Part shown: piece by piece, positions 20,610 through 34,688 of the stretch
How the letters are laid out: every line of letters begins with the position of its first letter
Position numbering within the stretch: position 1 is the first letter of the stretch
From: Alphaproteobacteria bacterium
Lineage (GTDB): Bacteria; Pseudomonadota; Alphaproteobacteria; CACIAM-22H2
Reading direction: 5' to 3'
NCBI GenBank assembly: GCA_017308135.1
Contig: JAFKFM010000006.1
Span: forward strand, 1,724 to 65,723
Length of the DNA: 64,000 nucleotides
Position numbers and translations under genes: made by a program
The notes under the pieces: generated by a model
Seen by the model: the letters and a program-made list of their open reading frames with translations, nothing else
Databases searched by the model: none
What the model was told of the DNA's origin: nothing

Positions 20610-21332
20610 CTAGACCTTCTTCGCCGACCAGCCGAGTTCGCGCTCGGTCGCGGTCACGCTGTCGGGCGTGCCGACATGGAACCACAAACCGTCATGCACG
20701 ACCGACCAGAGGCGGCCTTTGGCTTCCGCCGCGTCGTAGACCTTGTTGAGCGAGAAGGCGCCGGGGGCGAAACCCGCCAATGCGCGCGGATGCAGGATCT
20801 GCACGCCCGCGTAAACGAAGGGCGCGATCTCCGGATCGCGGCGGCGGCGCGCCTTGCCGTTGGGATCGACGAAATAATCGCCGCGCCCCTCGTAGCCGCG
20901 CGCCGTGGCGGCGGAGGTCATCAACAGCAGCACATCCATGGCGCCGTCGTCCCACGCATCGGCGAGACGCTTCAGCGCCGGGCGCGGCCCGTCGAACCAC
21001 AGCACATCGGCATTGGCGCAGAAGAACGCGCCCGGCCCGAGCACGGGCAGCGCGTTCAACACGCCGCCGCCGGTTTCCAATAGATCGGGCTCATGCACCG
21101 TGACGATCGCCACATCCTTGCGCGATTTCACATGCGCTTCGAGCGTGGCGCGATGATGGTGGAGATTGGCGACGACGCGGTGCACGCCCGCCTCCGCCAT
21201 GCGGTCGATCACGCGGTCGATCAACGCGCGCCCGGCGACCGGCACCATGGGTTTGGGCAGGGTGTCGGTCAGCGGGCGCATACGCTTGCCCAAACCCGCC
21301 GCCAGAACCATGCCGGTGTCGAAGGCGCTCAT
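20610..21332 (-). CDS. murU: N-acetylmuramate alpha-1-phosphate uridylyltransferase-like nucleotidyltransferase
   Basis: MVLAAGLGKRMRPLTDTLPKPMVPVAG is a sugar-nucleotidyltransferase motif. The gene is coupled to the upstream amgK (ATGA overlap). Confidence 0.8.
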   Translation of the reverse strand: MSAFDTGMVLAAGLGKRMRPLTDTLPKPMVPVAGRALIDRVIDRMAEAGVHRVVANLHHHRATLEAHVKSRKDVAIVTVHEPDLLETGGGVLNALPVLGPGAFFCANADVLWFDGPRPALKRLADAWDDGAMDVLLLMTSAATARGYEGRGDYFVDPNGKARRRRDPEIAPFVYAGVQILHPRALAGFAPGAFSLNKVYDAAEAKGRLWSVVHDGLWFHVGTPDSVTATERELGWSAKKV

Positions 21333-22345
21333 GCCGCGATCTCCGCTTTCGGACGCGCGCGCCATTCGGCGGGCACATGCGCGTCGAACCACGCGCGCAC
21401 CGGCGCCAAGGCCGGATGCGCCAGATCGGCGTTCAATTGCCGCCAGACGCGGTCGATATGTTTCAGATATTGCGGCTTGCCGTCGCGCCGGAACAGCCGC
21501 ACGAAAATCCCGGCGATCTTGGCGCTGCGCTGGGCCGACAAGATCGCCAACGCCGCTTCGAATGCACCGCGATCGATTTGCGGCCGCGCCGATAGATAAG
21601 CGTCGATCGACGCGCGCACCACCGCGGGCGACACGTCGCGCCGCGCATCGCCGATCAAACTAGCCAGGTCGTAGGCGGCGGGGCCGATCAACGCGTCCTG
21701 GAAATCCAGCAAGCCGCAGCCGCGAATGCCGGGCCGGTCGAGACTGATGAGATTGTCGACGTGATAATCGCGCAAGACCAGCGTTGTGCCACCCGCGCGG
21801 GCGAACGGATAGACCGCGTGCCACGCGGCGAGATAGGCGGCGCGCACATCCGCATCGGTCGGTTTGCCCGCCCATTCGGGCAGGAACCAATCGGTCAGCA
21901 ACAACGCCTCGCGATCGAGTGTGGCGTCGTCATAGGCCGGGCAATCGACATGGGTTTGCGCCGGATGCGCGTGCAACGCGAGCAGCGCATCGACCGCGCG
22001 CGCGTAAAGATCGGCTTCCGAGGCGCCCGCCTTCAGCGCGCGCGTGAAGGTGTCGTCGCCCAGATCCTCCAGCAGCAGGAACCCGGCATGCGGCTCGGCC
22101 GCATCGATGCGCGGCGCCGACAAGCCCAGGCGATAAAGATGCGTCGCGACCGTCACGAAGGGGCGCACGTCTTCCTGCGGCGGCGGCGCATCCATCAGCA
22201 CGGCTTGGCGATCGCCGTCGCGCAGGCGGAAATACTTGCGGAAACTCGCGTCGTCGGCGAGCAGCGTCGGCTGGATGCCCGCCCACCCATGCGCGTCCAA
22301 GAAGGCGCGCGCGGCCTTGCGCGGAACGGGCGTTTCAGCCGCCAT
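21329..22345 (-). CDS. amgK: Aminoglycoside-phosphotransferase-fold anomeric MurNAc/GlcNAc kinase
   Basis: APH-family motifs LRDYHVDNL and LLDFQDA. Conserved tsaE-amgK-murU arrangement. Confidence 0.8.
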   Translation of the reverse strand: MAAETPVPRKAARAFLDAHGWAGIQPTLLADDASFRKYFRLRDGDRQAVLMDAPPPQEDVRPFVTVATHLYRLGLSAPRIDAAEPHAGFLLLEDLGDDTFTRALKAGASEADLYARAVDALLALHAHPAQTHVDCPAYDDATLDREALLLTDWFLPEWAGKPTDADVRAAYLAAWHAVYPFARAGGTTLVLRDYHVDNLISLDRPGIRGCGLLDFQDALIGPAAYDLASLIGDARRDVSPAVVRASIDAYLSARPQIDRGAFEAALAILSAQRSAKIAGIFVRLFRRDGKPQYLKHIDRVWRQLNADLAHPALAPVRAWFDAHVPAEWRARPKAEIAA

Positions 22346-22814
22346 GCGCCAGCTCCGGCCGTCCGGCCCAATTGGCACCACCCGAGACGATCGCGTGGCG
22401 CGAATTTTCGTCCGCGCCTTGCGACAGCGCGACCGTCAAGCGATCCGCCGGCAAATAGGGCCCGAGGCGCTGCGGCCATTCGATCAACGCGATGGCGCCT
22501 TCGCGCGCCGCTTCCCAGCCGAGTTCCCAGATCTCATCCGGGTCCGCGAGACGATACAGATCGAAATGCCAAATCGGCCCGCCGGGCAGGTCGTAGGTCT
22601 GCACCAACGTGAAAGTCGGGCTCGGCACTTCGACCTCGGCGCCCGCGCGGGCATGGATGAAGCCCCGCGCGAATTCGGTCTTTCCCATGCCCAAATCGCC
22701 TTCCAGGGCGATCGCGTCGCGCGGACGCGCCGCTTTCGCGAGCAACGCGCCCAATTTCCGGGTCGCGGCGGCGTCCGGAAGGTCCAATTCGCGAATCGGC
22801 GTGGGGGCCAGCAT
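22335..22814 (-). CDS. tsaE: tRNA threonylcarbamoyladenosine biosynthesis ATPase TsaE
   Basis: P-loop GDLGMGKTEFARGF. The start is taken at MLAPTPIREL (159 aa). The track ORF runs to 22883, but that would overlap the divergent reductase start. Confidence 0.8.
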   Translation of the reverse strand: MLAPTPIRELDLPDAAATRKLGALLAKAARPRDAIALEGDLGMGKTEFARGFIHARAGAEVEVPSPTFTLVQTYDLPGGPIWHFDLYRLADPDEIWELGWEAAREGAIALIEWPQRLGPYLPADRLTVALSQGADENSRHAIVSGGANWAGRPELAHGG

Positions 22815-22882
22815 GAGCAATCTTCTACCCGGAAATCCTATGTCCGAAAATCCGTTGAAAAGCGCGCCCGGCTTGGCCATCA

Positions 22883-23905
22883 ATGGCGGCCATGTCCCAG
22901 ATCCACACCACCGATGTCGCCATTATCGGCGCCGGCCCCGTCGGCCTGTTCGCCATTTTCGAATGCGGCATGCTGAAGCTGAAGACCCACGTCATCGACG
23001 CGCTGGACTTCGCCGGCGGCCAATGCGCCGCGCTCTACCCGGAAAAGCCGATTTACGACATTCCGGGCTACCCCAAGATCGAGGCGGCCGAACTGATCGC
23101 CCGATTGCAGGAGCAAGCAGCACCCTTTTCGCCGACCTATCACCTTGGCCAGCGCGTGGAAAAGCTGACCCGCGAGGGCGATGCGTGGCGCCTGGAAACT
23201 TCGACCGGCACGGTGATCGTCGCCAAGGCGGTGCTGATCGCGGCGGGCGTGGGCGCGTTCGGCCCCAACAAACCGCCGATGCCGCGTATCGACGAGTTCG
23301 AAAACAAAGGCGTGCATTACCTGGTGAACAGCCGCGAGGCGTTCCGGGGCAAGCGAGTCGCCATCGCGGGCGGCGGCGATTCGGCCCTCGACTGGACGCT
23401 GAGCTTGGCCGATGTCGCGGCACGCGTGATGGTTGTGCATCGCCGCGACAAGTTCCGCGCCGCGCCCGACTCGGTCGCCAAGGTCAAGGCGCTGGCCGAT
23501 GCGGGCAAAATCGACATGGTCGTGCCCTATCAGCTCGATTCGCTGGAAGGCGAGCCGGGGGCCCTCGAGGCCGTCATCCTCAAGGATCTCGACGGCAAGG
23601 CCCGCCGCCTGGAAGCGGACGCGCTGCTCGCCTTTTTCGGCCTGTCGATGAATCTGGGGCCGATCGCCGAATGGGGCCTCGATATCGAAAAGGCCCATAT
23701 CAAGGTCGAACAGCGCACGGCGGCGACGTCGGCACCCGGCATTTTCGCCATCGGCGATATCGCGCATTACCCCGGCAAGCTGAAGCTGATCCTGTCGGGC
23801 TTCGCGGAAGCCGCGGCGGCGGCGCATGCGGCGCGCGCGATCTGCCATCCCGGCGAGACCTATCACTTCGAATATTCGACGACGTCGGGTGTGCCGGGCG
23901 CGTAA
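22883..23905 (+). CDS. Thioredoxin-reductase-type ferredoxin--NADP+ reductase (FAD/NAD(P)-binding)
   Basis: FAD motif VAIIGAGPVGLFA and NAD(P) motif RVAIAGGGDSALDW. There is no CxxC redox centre, which fits the TrxR-like FNR subgroup. Confidence 0.8.
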   Translation: MAAMSQIHTTDVAIIGAGPVGLFAIFECGMLKLKTHVIDALDFAGGQCAALYPEKPIYDIPGYPKIEAAELIARLQEQAAPFSPTYHLGQRVEKLTREGDAWRLETSTGTVIVAKAVLIAAGVGAFGPNKPPMPRIDEFENKGVHYLVNSREAFRGKRVAIAGGGDSALDWTLSLADVAARVMVVHRRDKFRAAPDSVAKVKALADAGKIDMVVPYQLDSLEGEPGALEAVILKDLDGKARRLEADALLAFFGLSMNLGPIAEWGLDIEKAHIKVEQRTAATSAPGIFAIGDIAHYPGKLKLILSGFAEAAAAAHAARAICHPGETYHFEYSTTSGVPGA

Positions 23906-23914
23906 GCGCGCCGA

Positions 23915-25927
23915 TCAATTCTTCCAAATCGGCACGCGGGCCATGACGGTCGTGCCGTCGCCGGGCATCGAGGCGAGATGCACCGTGCCACCGTGCAATT
24001 CGACGATGCGCTTCACCAGCGACAGACCCAGCCCCGCCCCCATGCGCCGCGCATCGGGGGCGGTGCCGCGCTCGAATTCCTTGAACACGCGCGACTGATC
24101 TTCGGGCGCGATGCCCATGCCGGTATCGGCGACGGCCAGCGCCACATATTGCCCCGCCCCTTCGGCCGAGAGCGTGATCTTGCCGCCCGCCGGCGTGAAC
24201 TTGATCGCGTTGGACACGAGGTTGCACAACGCCTGTTTCAAGCGGCGCGGATCGGCGCGCAGATCGGGCAAAGCGCGCGGGATCCGCACGTCCAGCGACA
24301 GATCGCGCTCGCGCGCCAGATCGGCCATGATCTGCGCCGTTTCCTCCATCAGGCCGAGCACAGGCACGGGCGCCAAATCCAGTGTCATGCGGCCCGCGTC
24401 GATCGAGGCGAGATCGAGAATGTCGTTGATGATCGCGAGCAGGCGTTGCGAGGCCGACAGAATATCGTCGCAATACTCGACCTGGCGTTCGTTGAGCGTG
24501 CCGAAATACTGCTTCGACAGCATTTCCGCGAAGCCGATGATGGTATTGAGCGGCGTGCGCAGCTCGTAGGACACGGTCGAGATGAATTCGGATTTGAGCC
24601 GGTCGGCGGCTTCCAGCGCCTCGGCGCGTTCGCGCAAGGCGCGCTCGACGCGGATCGTGTCGGTGACGTCGAGATAGGAAAGCTGCGTGGCGCCGTCGGG
24701 CAACGGCACCAGCGCGTAATCGAGAATGCGCCCGTCGGCGCGTTCCAGCCTTGCGCGCACCGGTTCGCGCGCGCCGATATCGTCGGCAAGGCGCGATTTC
24801 GTCTCCTCCCAATCCTCGTCGGCCGGGTAGAAGGGCCGCATCAGATCGATTACTTCGCCGATATGCGGCTCGGCGATCAACGCGGCTTCGGGCATATCCC
24901 AAATGCGCGCAAAGGCCGGGTTGTGCAGCTTCATCTTGCCGTCCGACCCGAACACCGCGACCCCTTCCTGAAGGTTGTCGAGCGTGGCGCGCTGCACGGC
25001 GATGAGGGTGTTGTAGGAGCGTTCGAGCGTGAGCCGGTCGGTCACGTCTTCGAACGCGAACAGCAAGCCGCCGAGCGGATGCGCCAGGCAGCGCTCGCGC
25101 AGCGTCGTGCCGTCGGGCAGATACATCAATTCGTCGATCGGCTCGAAGATCGAATCGAACAGCGCCACGCGCTGGCGCTTGAACATGCGGAAATCGGCGA
25201 ATTCCGGCAGGCGGCGGCGCTCGCGCAAACTTTCCAGCACTTCGCCGTATTCGGGCTCGGTCGCCAGCCAATCCTCGTCGACGCGCCAAAGCCGCGCATA
25301 GGCCGAGTTCGCGTATTTGAGCCGCTTGTCCGCGCCGAAAATCGCGATCGCGACCGGCATGGTTTCCAAGACCGTGCCTTGCGCGCCGATATGGCGGGCA
25401 AGCTCGATCCCGCCTTCCTCGCGCTCAGTCTGGTCGACCGCCATGCCGATCGTGCCGCCATCGGGCAAGGGCGCCTCGACGAAATCATAAAGCCGGCGCG
25501 CGCCCGCGACGATCAAATGGCCCGAATCGCTTTGCGACGTGCGCGCGGCCAGCGCCAAGCGCGCGAGGGCCGACAGCTTGCGCGCGATCGCGTCGCCGCC
25601 CAGCTTGGCGATGCCGTCGATGAAATCGTTGCGCTCCGCCCCGCCCGCATCGGCATAGGCGATGTTGCACCACACGACGCGCTGTTCGGGATCGCGCCGC
25701 CACATGGGGACGGGCAACGCGTCGAGCGCGGATTCGAGGCGGCGCAGCGCGTCTTCCGCCGCTTCGCGTTCGACGCGCTGGAGATTGGCGCGCACCGAAA
25801 TCTCGCGCTTTTCGCTTTCGGCCTGGGCCGCGCGCGCCTCGGCGGCCGCGGCACGGCCGCGTTCGCGCCACGCCCAATAAAGGGCGGCGGCCAGTGCCAA
25901 CGCCAAGGCGGCAAGGGCGAACTCCAT
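23915..25927 (-). CDS. Membrane-anchored multi-PAS sensor histidine kinase (HisKA + HATPase_c), neighbour of ahcY
   Basis: N-terminal TM segment, at least three PAS-like segments, an H-box FISTVSYELRTPLNTIIGFAEML, and N/G-boxes NLVSNAIKF and GAGLGLSLV. Confidence 0.85.
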   Translation of the reverse strand: MEFALAALALALAAALYWAWRERGRAAAAEARAAQAESEKREISVRANLQRVEREAAEDALRRLESALDALPVPMWRRDPEQRVVWCNIAYADAGGAERNDFIDGIAKLGGDAIARKLSALARLALAARTSQSDSGHLIVAGARRLYDFVEAPLPDGGTIGMAVDQTEREEGGIELARHIGAQGTVLETMPVAIAIFGADKRLKYANSAYARLWRVDEDWLATEPEYGEVLESLRERRRLPEFADFRMFKRQRVALFDSIFEPIDELMYLPDGTTLRERCLAHPLGGLLFAFEDVTDRLTLERSYNTLIAVQRATLDNLQEGVAVFGSDGKMKLHNPAFARIWDMPEAALIAEPHIGEVIDLMRPFYPADEDWEETKSRLADDIGAREPVRARLERADGRILDYALVPLPDGATQLSYLDVTDTIRVERALRERAEALEAADRLKSEFISTVSYELRTPLNTIIGFAEMLSKQYFGTLNERQVEYCDDILSASQRLLAIINDILDLASIDAGRMTLDLAPVPVLGLMEETAQIMADLARERDLSLDVRIPRALPDLRADPRRLKQALCNLVSNAIKFTPAGGKITLSAEGAGQYVALAVADTGMGIAPEDQSRVFKEFERGTAPDARRMGAGLGLSLVKRIVELHGGTVHLASMPGDGTTVMARVPIWKN

Positions 25928-25970
25928 GGGCCGGGAGTGTAGGGAGGCCCCCCGCGTCGCGCCAAACGAA

Positions 25971-26000
25971 AACGGCCGGCGGGTCGCCCCGCCGGCCGTT
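25971..26000 (-). terminator. Rho-independent terminator downstream of ahcY
   Basis: aacggccggcggg-tcgc-cccgccggccgtt: a 13-bp stem followed on the minus strand by a UUUUCGUUU tract. Confidence 0.7.
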
Positions 26001-26024
26001 CGGTCTTACGCCGAAGCGGAAGAC

Positions 26025-27422
<1,398 letters not shown>

Positions 27423-27667
27423 GTGCGGCGTTTCTCCGGTGAAAAGGCGGGATCGAGCGCGTTCAACGCGCGGACCCGGCGGGGAATTCCAAGGCGAGGC
27501 TTATAACCGCCGCCCCCGCCCCCCTCAATACGAAAAGGGCGCTGCGCCAAGCCCTTAAAACAACGAAACAATTCCGGCTATGGCGGAGCCGGGTGCCGTG
27601 CGCTTATGCTGCGGCGTCAAGTCCCCGCCATATCCCGATTCCCGCGCCCCACATGACCGGTCCGCCG

Positions 27668-28099
27668 ATGAGCCAGAAGCCGCCTTACCGCGTCGAATTC
27701 GCCGCCTATCCGATCCTGGTCGTCGAGGACGATCCGGTCATGCGCCGCAACCTGATCCAGATGCTGCGCAATATCGGCTTCTACCAGATCCACGAGGCCG
27801 CCGACGGCGAGGCCGGGATTACGGCGCTAAAATCCATGGCGCATTGCGACGTGGTGCTGTCGGACATTTCGATGGCGCCGGTCGGCGGGCTAAAATTCCT
27901 GGAGCGCGTGCGCACCGAATTGCAGCCGCCCGCGCGCGACGTGCCGGTCGTGTTCGTCACCGGCCATGGCGACGTCGAGACCGTCGGTAAAGCCAAGCAG
28001 CTGCGCCCGGCCGGTTACGTGCTGAAGCCGGTCGCGGCCGAGAAGCTTTCGGCGCGGCTGGCGCAGATCTTGAACCTGAACGAAACGGCATCCGGATAA
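27668..28099 (+). CDS. Single-domain response regulator (CheY-like receiver, no output domain), paralog of the 31721 gene
   Basis: Receiver motifs ILVVEDD, phospho-acceptor VVLSDISM, VVFVTGHGD and GYVLKPV. The start is taken at MSQKPPYRVEF; the track ORF starts at 27593. Confidence 0.8.
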   Translation: MSQKPPYRVEFAAYPILVVEDDPVMRRNLIQMLRNIGFYQIHEAADGEAGITALKSMAHCDVVLSDISMAPVGGLKFLERVRTELQPPARDVPVVFVTGHGDVETVGKAKQLRPAGYVLKPVAAEKLSARLAQILNLNETASG

Positions 28100-28125
28100 A
28101 AGCCGCGGGGGGAACGATCGGGCGC

Positions 28126-31701
<3,576 letters not shown>

Positions 31702-31720
31702 GAAAACGGGAATATCCGCC

Positions 31721-32134
31721 ATGTACAGACCCGAGTTTTCCGCCTTCGCCGTGCTGGTCGTCGAGGACGACGCCTTCGTACGCCGGTCGATCGTGCGCAT
31801 GTTGCGCGCGATGGGCTTCGTCGAGGTGAAGGAGGCCGCCGACGGCGAAGCGGCGCTGCAGACGCTGAAGGCGATGCCCCAATGCGGCGTGGTGTTGTGC
31901 GATATCGGCATGAAGCCGGTCGGCGGCCTGCAGTTCCTCGAACGGCTGCGCAAGGAATTCATTCCGCCGCTGTCGGACACGCCGGTCATCTTCATCACCG
32001 GATCGGCCGACAGCGAAACCGTCAAACGCGCGATGACGATGAAGGCGGCGGGCTATGTGCTCAAGCCCGTCGTGCCGGACAAGCTGTCGGGGCGCATCGC
32101 GACGACGCTGAAGCTGCCGGGCGCTTCGGCCTAA
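31721..32134 (+). CDS. Single-domain response regulator (CheY-like), paralog of the 27668 gene
   Basis: VLVVEDDAFVRR, VVLCDIGM, VIFITGSAD and GYVLKPV; about 50% identical to the upstream single-domain regulator. Confidence 0.85.
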   Translation: MYRPEFSAFAVLVVEDDAFVRRSIVRMLRAMGFVEVKEAADGEAALQTLKAMPQCGVVLCDIGMKPVGGLQFLERLRKEFIPPLSDTPVIFITGSADSETVKRAMTMKAAGYVLKPVVPDKLSGRIATTLKLPGASA

Positions 32135-33879
32135 TCCGTTCCGAAGGAATCGTTGAAACCATCGACCAGCGCGGCGATGCGCGCGGCGTCGGATTCGTCC
32201 ATCACCGCGCGGGCGCGTTGCGTGGCGGCGGAAAGGTCGAGAGCGCGCACGCGGCTTTTGACGCGCGCGATTTTGGTGGGCGACATCGACAACTCGCGGA
32301 TACCGAGCCCCGCGAGTAACGCGGTGTAGCGCGGATCGCCCGCGATCTCGCCGCAGATCGACACCGGAATGCGGTTGCGCAACGCCGCTTCCGCCGTGAA
32401 CTGGATCAAGCGCAGCACCGCGGGATGCAGCGGGTTGTAGAGATGCGCCACCTGCTCGTCGCCGCGATCGATGGCGAGCGTGTACATCGTCAAATCGTTG
32501 GTGCCGAGCGCGAAGAAATCGCACACCCGCGCCAAGGCGTCGGCCGTCAGCGCCGCCCCCGGCACTTCGATCATCGCGCCCAAGGGCGGCAACGGATCGG
32601 GGATCGCGACACCCTTTCGTACCAATCGCCGCGCGGCCTTGGCGAGCGCTTCGCGCACCGCGACCATTTCGTCGGGCGTGGAGATCATCGGCACGAGAAT
32701 GCGCAACGGCCCGACCATCGCGGCGCGCAAAATCGCGGCGAGTTGCGTGTCGAGCAATTCGGGCCGCTTCAGCCCCAAGCGGATCGCGCGCAGGCCCAAA
32801 GCCGGGTTCGGGCCGGGCGAGAGGTCGCCCAGCGCCGAGGCGAGTTTTTCGCCGCCGACATCGAGCGTGCGTACGGTCACGAGCTTGCCGTTCATGCCGC
32901 GCAGGATTTGGGCGAGCTGTTCGAATTGCTCGTCCTCGCCCGGCACGTCGTCGCGGTTCATGAACAGGAATTCGCTGCGCAGCAAACCCACGCCCGCCGC
33001 CCCCGAGGCGACGGCGAGATCGACCTCGCGCGGCAGTTCGAGATTGGCGAGCAACGTGAACGGCACCGAATCCTTGGTGATCGCGGGCAGTTTCGCGGTG
33101 CGCGCCAAGCGCCGCTCGGCCTTTTCGAATTCCTGGCGCTTCTTTTCGTACTTGGCGAGTGTGGCCGGCGTGGGGCGCACGATCACGCGCCCGGCCTCGC
33201 CATCCAGAATGACGGCGTCGCCCGGCTTCACCGCGCCGACGAGTTCGGGCACGCCCAAAACGGCGGGCAAGCCCAAGGCGCGCGCCATGATCGCCGTATG
33301 GCCTTCGCGCCCGCCGATCATCGTGGCGAAGCCGCCGATCGTTTCGGGATCCATCACCGCCGTATCGGCGGGGGTGATTTCCTCGGCCACCACGATCGCG
33401 CCATTGGGAACGTTCTTGAATGCGCCCCACGGCGTTTGGGTAAGGTTGCGCAACAGGCGCCCGGCGACTTCGCGCACTTCCTGCACGCGCTGGGCGAGAT
33501 AGGAATCGTCCATTGCCTCGAACGCTTCGGCGATCGCGTCGGCTTCGGCGCGCACGGCACTTTCGGACATCAGCAGATTTTCGGCGATGCGCTTTTCCAC
33601 GCCGCGCACGAGGCGCGATTGGGACAGCATTTGCGCATGCGCGTCGAGCAAATGGCCAAGCTCTTCGGCCGCTTCGGGGGGCAAGGCGGCCGTCTTGCGC
33701 TTGAGCTTAGCGAGCTGCTTGAGACTGACGTCCACGCCCGCGCGAAAGCGCTTCAGCTCGCCTTCGACCTGGTCGGGTGCGACGCCGCATTCGGCGATCG
33801 CGAACGCCTCCACGCCGTGGACGTAAGCGGGACCGATCGCGATGCCGGGCGAGACGCCAAGCCCCTCGAACACGGCCAT
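32131..33879 (-). CDS. ptsI: Phosphoenolpyruvate--protein phosphotransferase (PTS Enzyme I, no GAF domain)
   Basis: The start is taken at MAVFEGLGVSPGIAIGPAYV. The phospho-His region is GGREGHTAIMARALGLP, and a PEP-utilising TIM-barrel domain follows. Confidence 0.9.
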   Translation of the reverse strand: MAVFEGLGVSPGIAIGPAYVHGVEAFAIAECGVAPDQVEGELKRFRAGVDVSLKQLAKLKRKTAALPPEAAEELGHLLDAHAQMLSQSRLVRGVEKRIAENLLMSESAVRAEADAIAEAFEAMDDSYLAQRVQEVREVAGRLLRNLTQTPWGAFKNVPNGAIVVAEEITPADTAVMDPETIGGFATMIGGREGHTAIMARALGLPAVLGVPELVGAVKPGDAVILDGEAGRVIVRPTPATLAKYEKKRQEFEKAERRLARTAKLPAITKDSVPFTLLANLELPREVDLAVASGAAGVGLLRSEFLFMNRDDVPGEDEQFEQLAQILRGMNGKLVTVRTLDVGGEKLASALGDLSPGPNPALGLRAIRLGLKRPELLDTQLAAILRAAMVGPLRILVPMISTPDEMVAVREALAKAARRLVRKGVAIPDPLPPLGAMIEVPGAALTADALARVCDFFALGTNDLTMYTLAIDRGDEQVAHLYNPLHPAVLRLIQFTAEAALRNRIPVSICGEIAGDPRYTALLAGLGIRELSMSPTKIARVKSRVRALDLSAATQRARAVMDESDAARIAALVDGFNDSFGTD

Positions 33880-33940
33880 CCCTTCGCCGCGGGTCTTGCG
33901 CGGCTTGGATCCACGCGACGCCGGGCGAGCGGGGGGCATA

Positions 33941-34234
33941 TCAATCCTCGTCGAATTTGGCGGCGATCAACGCGGCGATCGCTTCGACCGCTTTGGGCGC
34001 GTCCGATCCCGTGGCGCTGACCTTCACGGTACAGCCTTTGCCCGCCGAAAGCATCATCAGGCCCATGATCGACAGACCCGAGACGGTGTTGGCGCCCTTG
34101 GTGACCTGGATATCGGATTCGAACTCGCCGGCGAGCTTCACGAACTTCGCCGCGGCGCGGGCGTGAAGCCCGCGCATATTGCCGATCAGGCAATCGCGTG
34201 AAACGGTGGCGCGCGAAACGGCCGGATCGCTCAT
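33941..34234 (-). CDS. HPr-family phosphocarrier protein (NPr/HPr)
   Basis: 97 aa, with active site GNMRGLHARAA (His-15 region) and regulatory-Ser region SGLSIMGLMML. It lies inside a longer spurious track ORF. Confidence 0.85.
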   Translation of the reverse strand: MSDPAVSRATVSRDCLIGNMRGLHARAAAKFVKLAGEFESDIQVTKGANTVSGLSIMGLMMLSAGKGCTVKVSATGSDAPKAVEAIAALIAAKFDED

Positions 34235-34659
34235 CGCGCCCCGCCGGCGGCGGCTTTGACCTCGCCCGCCAGCAGCTGCGAAGCGACGTTGATGTATTTG
34301 CGGCCCGCTTCGCGCGCGCACTGCACGGCGGCGGCGAGCGGCTCGGTATTGCGCACGGAGGCGAGCTTGATGAGCATCGGCAGGTTCATGCCGGCGATCA
34401 CTTCGACGCGCGCGCGATCCATGATCGAAATGGCGAGGTTCGACGGCGTGCCGCCGAACATGTCGGTGAGGACCACCACGCCCGCCCCGGTGTCGCATTT
34501 GGCGACCGCGTCGAGGATCTCGGCGCGGCGCTGCTCCATGTCGTCTTCGGGGCCGATACAAACGGCGAGGACGTTCTTTTGCGGGCCGACGACATGCTCG
34601 AGGGCGGAGATGAATTCCGCCGCGAGGCGACCATGGGTGACGAGAACGAGACCGATCAT
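34231..34659 (-). CDS. PTS EIIA, mannose family (ManX-like)
   Basis: MIGLVLVTHGRLAAEF with the conserved His, 142 aa. Its stop overlaps the HPr start (ATGA). Confidence 0.85.
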   Translation of the reverse strand: MIGLVLVTHGRLAAEFISALEHVVGPQKNVLAVCIGPEDDMEQRRAEILDAVAKCDTGAGVVVLTDMFGGTPSNLAISIMDRARVEVIAGMNLPMLIKLASVRNTEPLAAAVQCAREAGRKYINVASQLLAGEVKAAAGGAR

Positions 34660-34688
34660 TCTGGAAAGCGTCCTTGCGCTGTCTTCAC

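Noticed and set aside
27423-27560. Canonical SAH riboswitch upstream of ahcY
   Set aside because: The conserved GAGGAGCGCUGC, AGGCUCGG and AACGGCGCUCA blocks are not present in recognisable order. Only a generic structured leader is reported.
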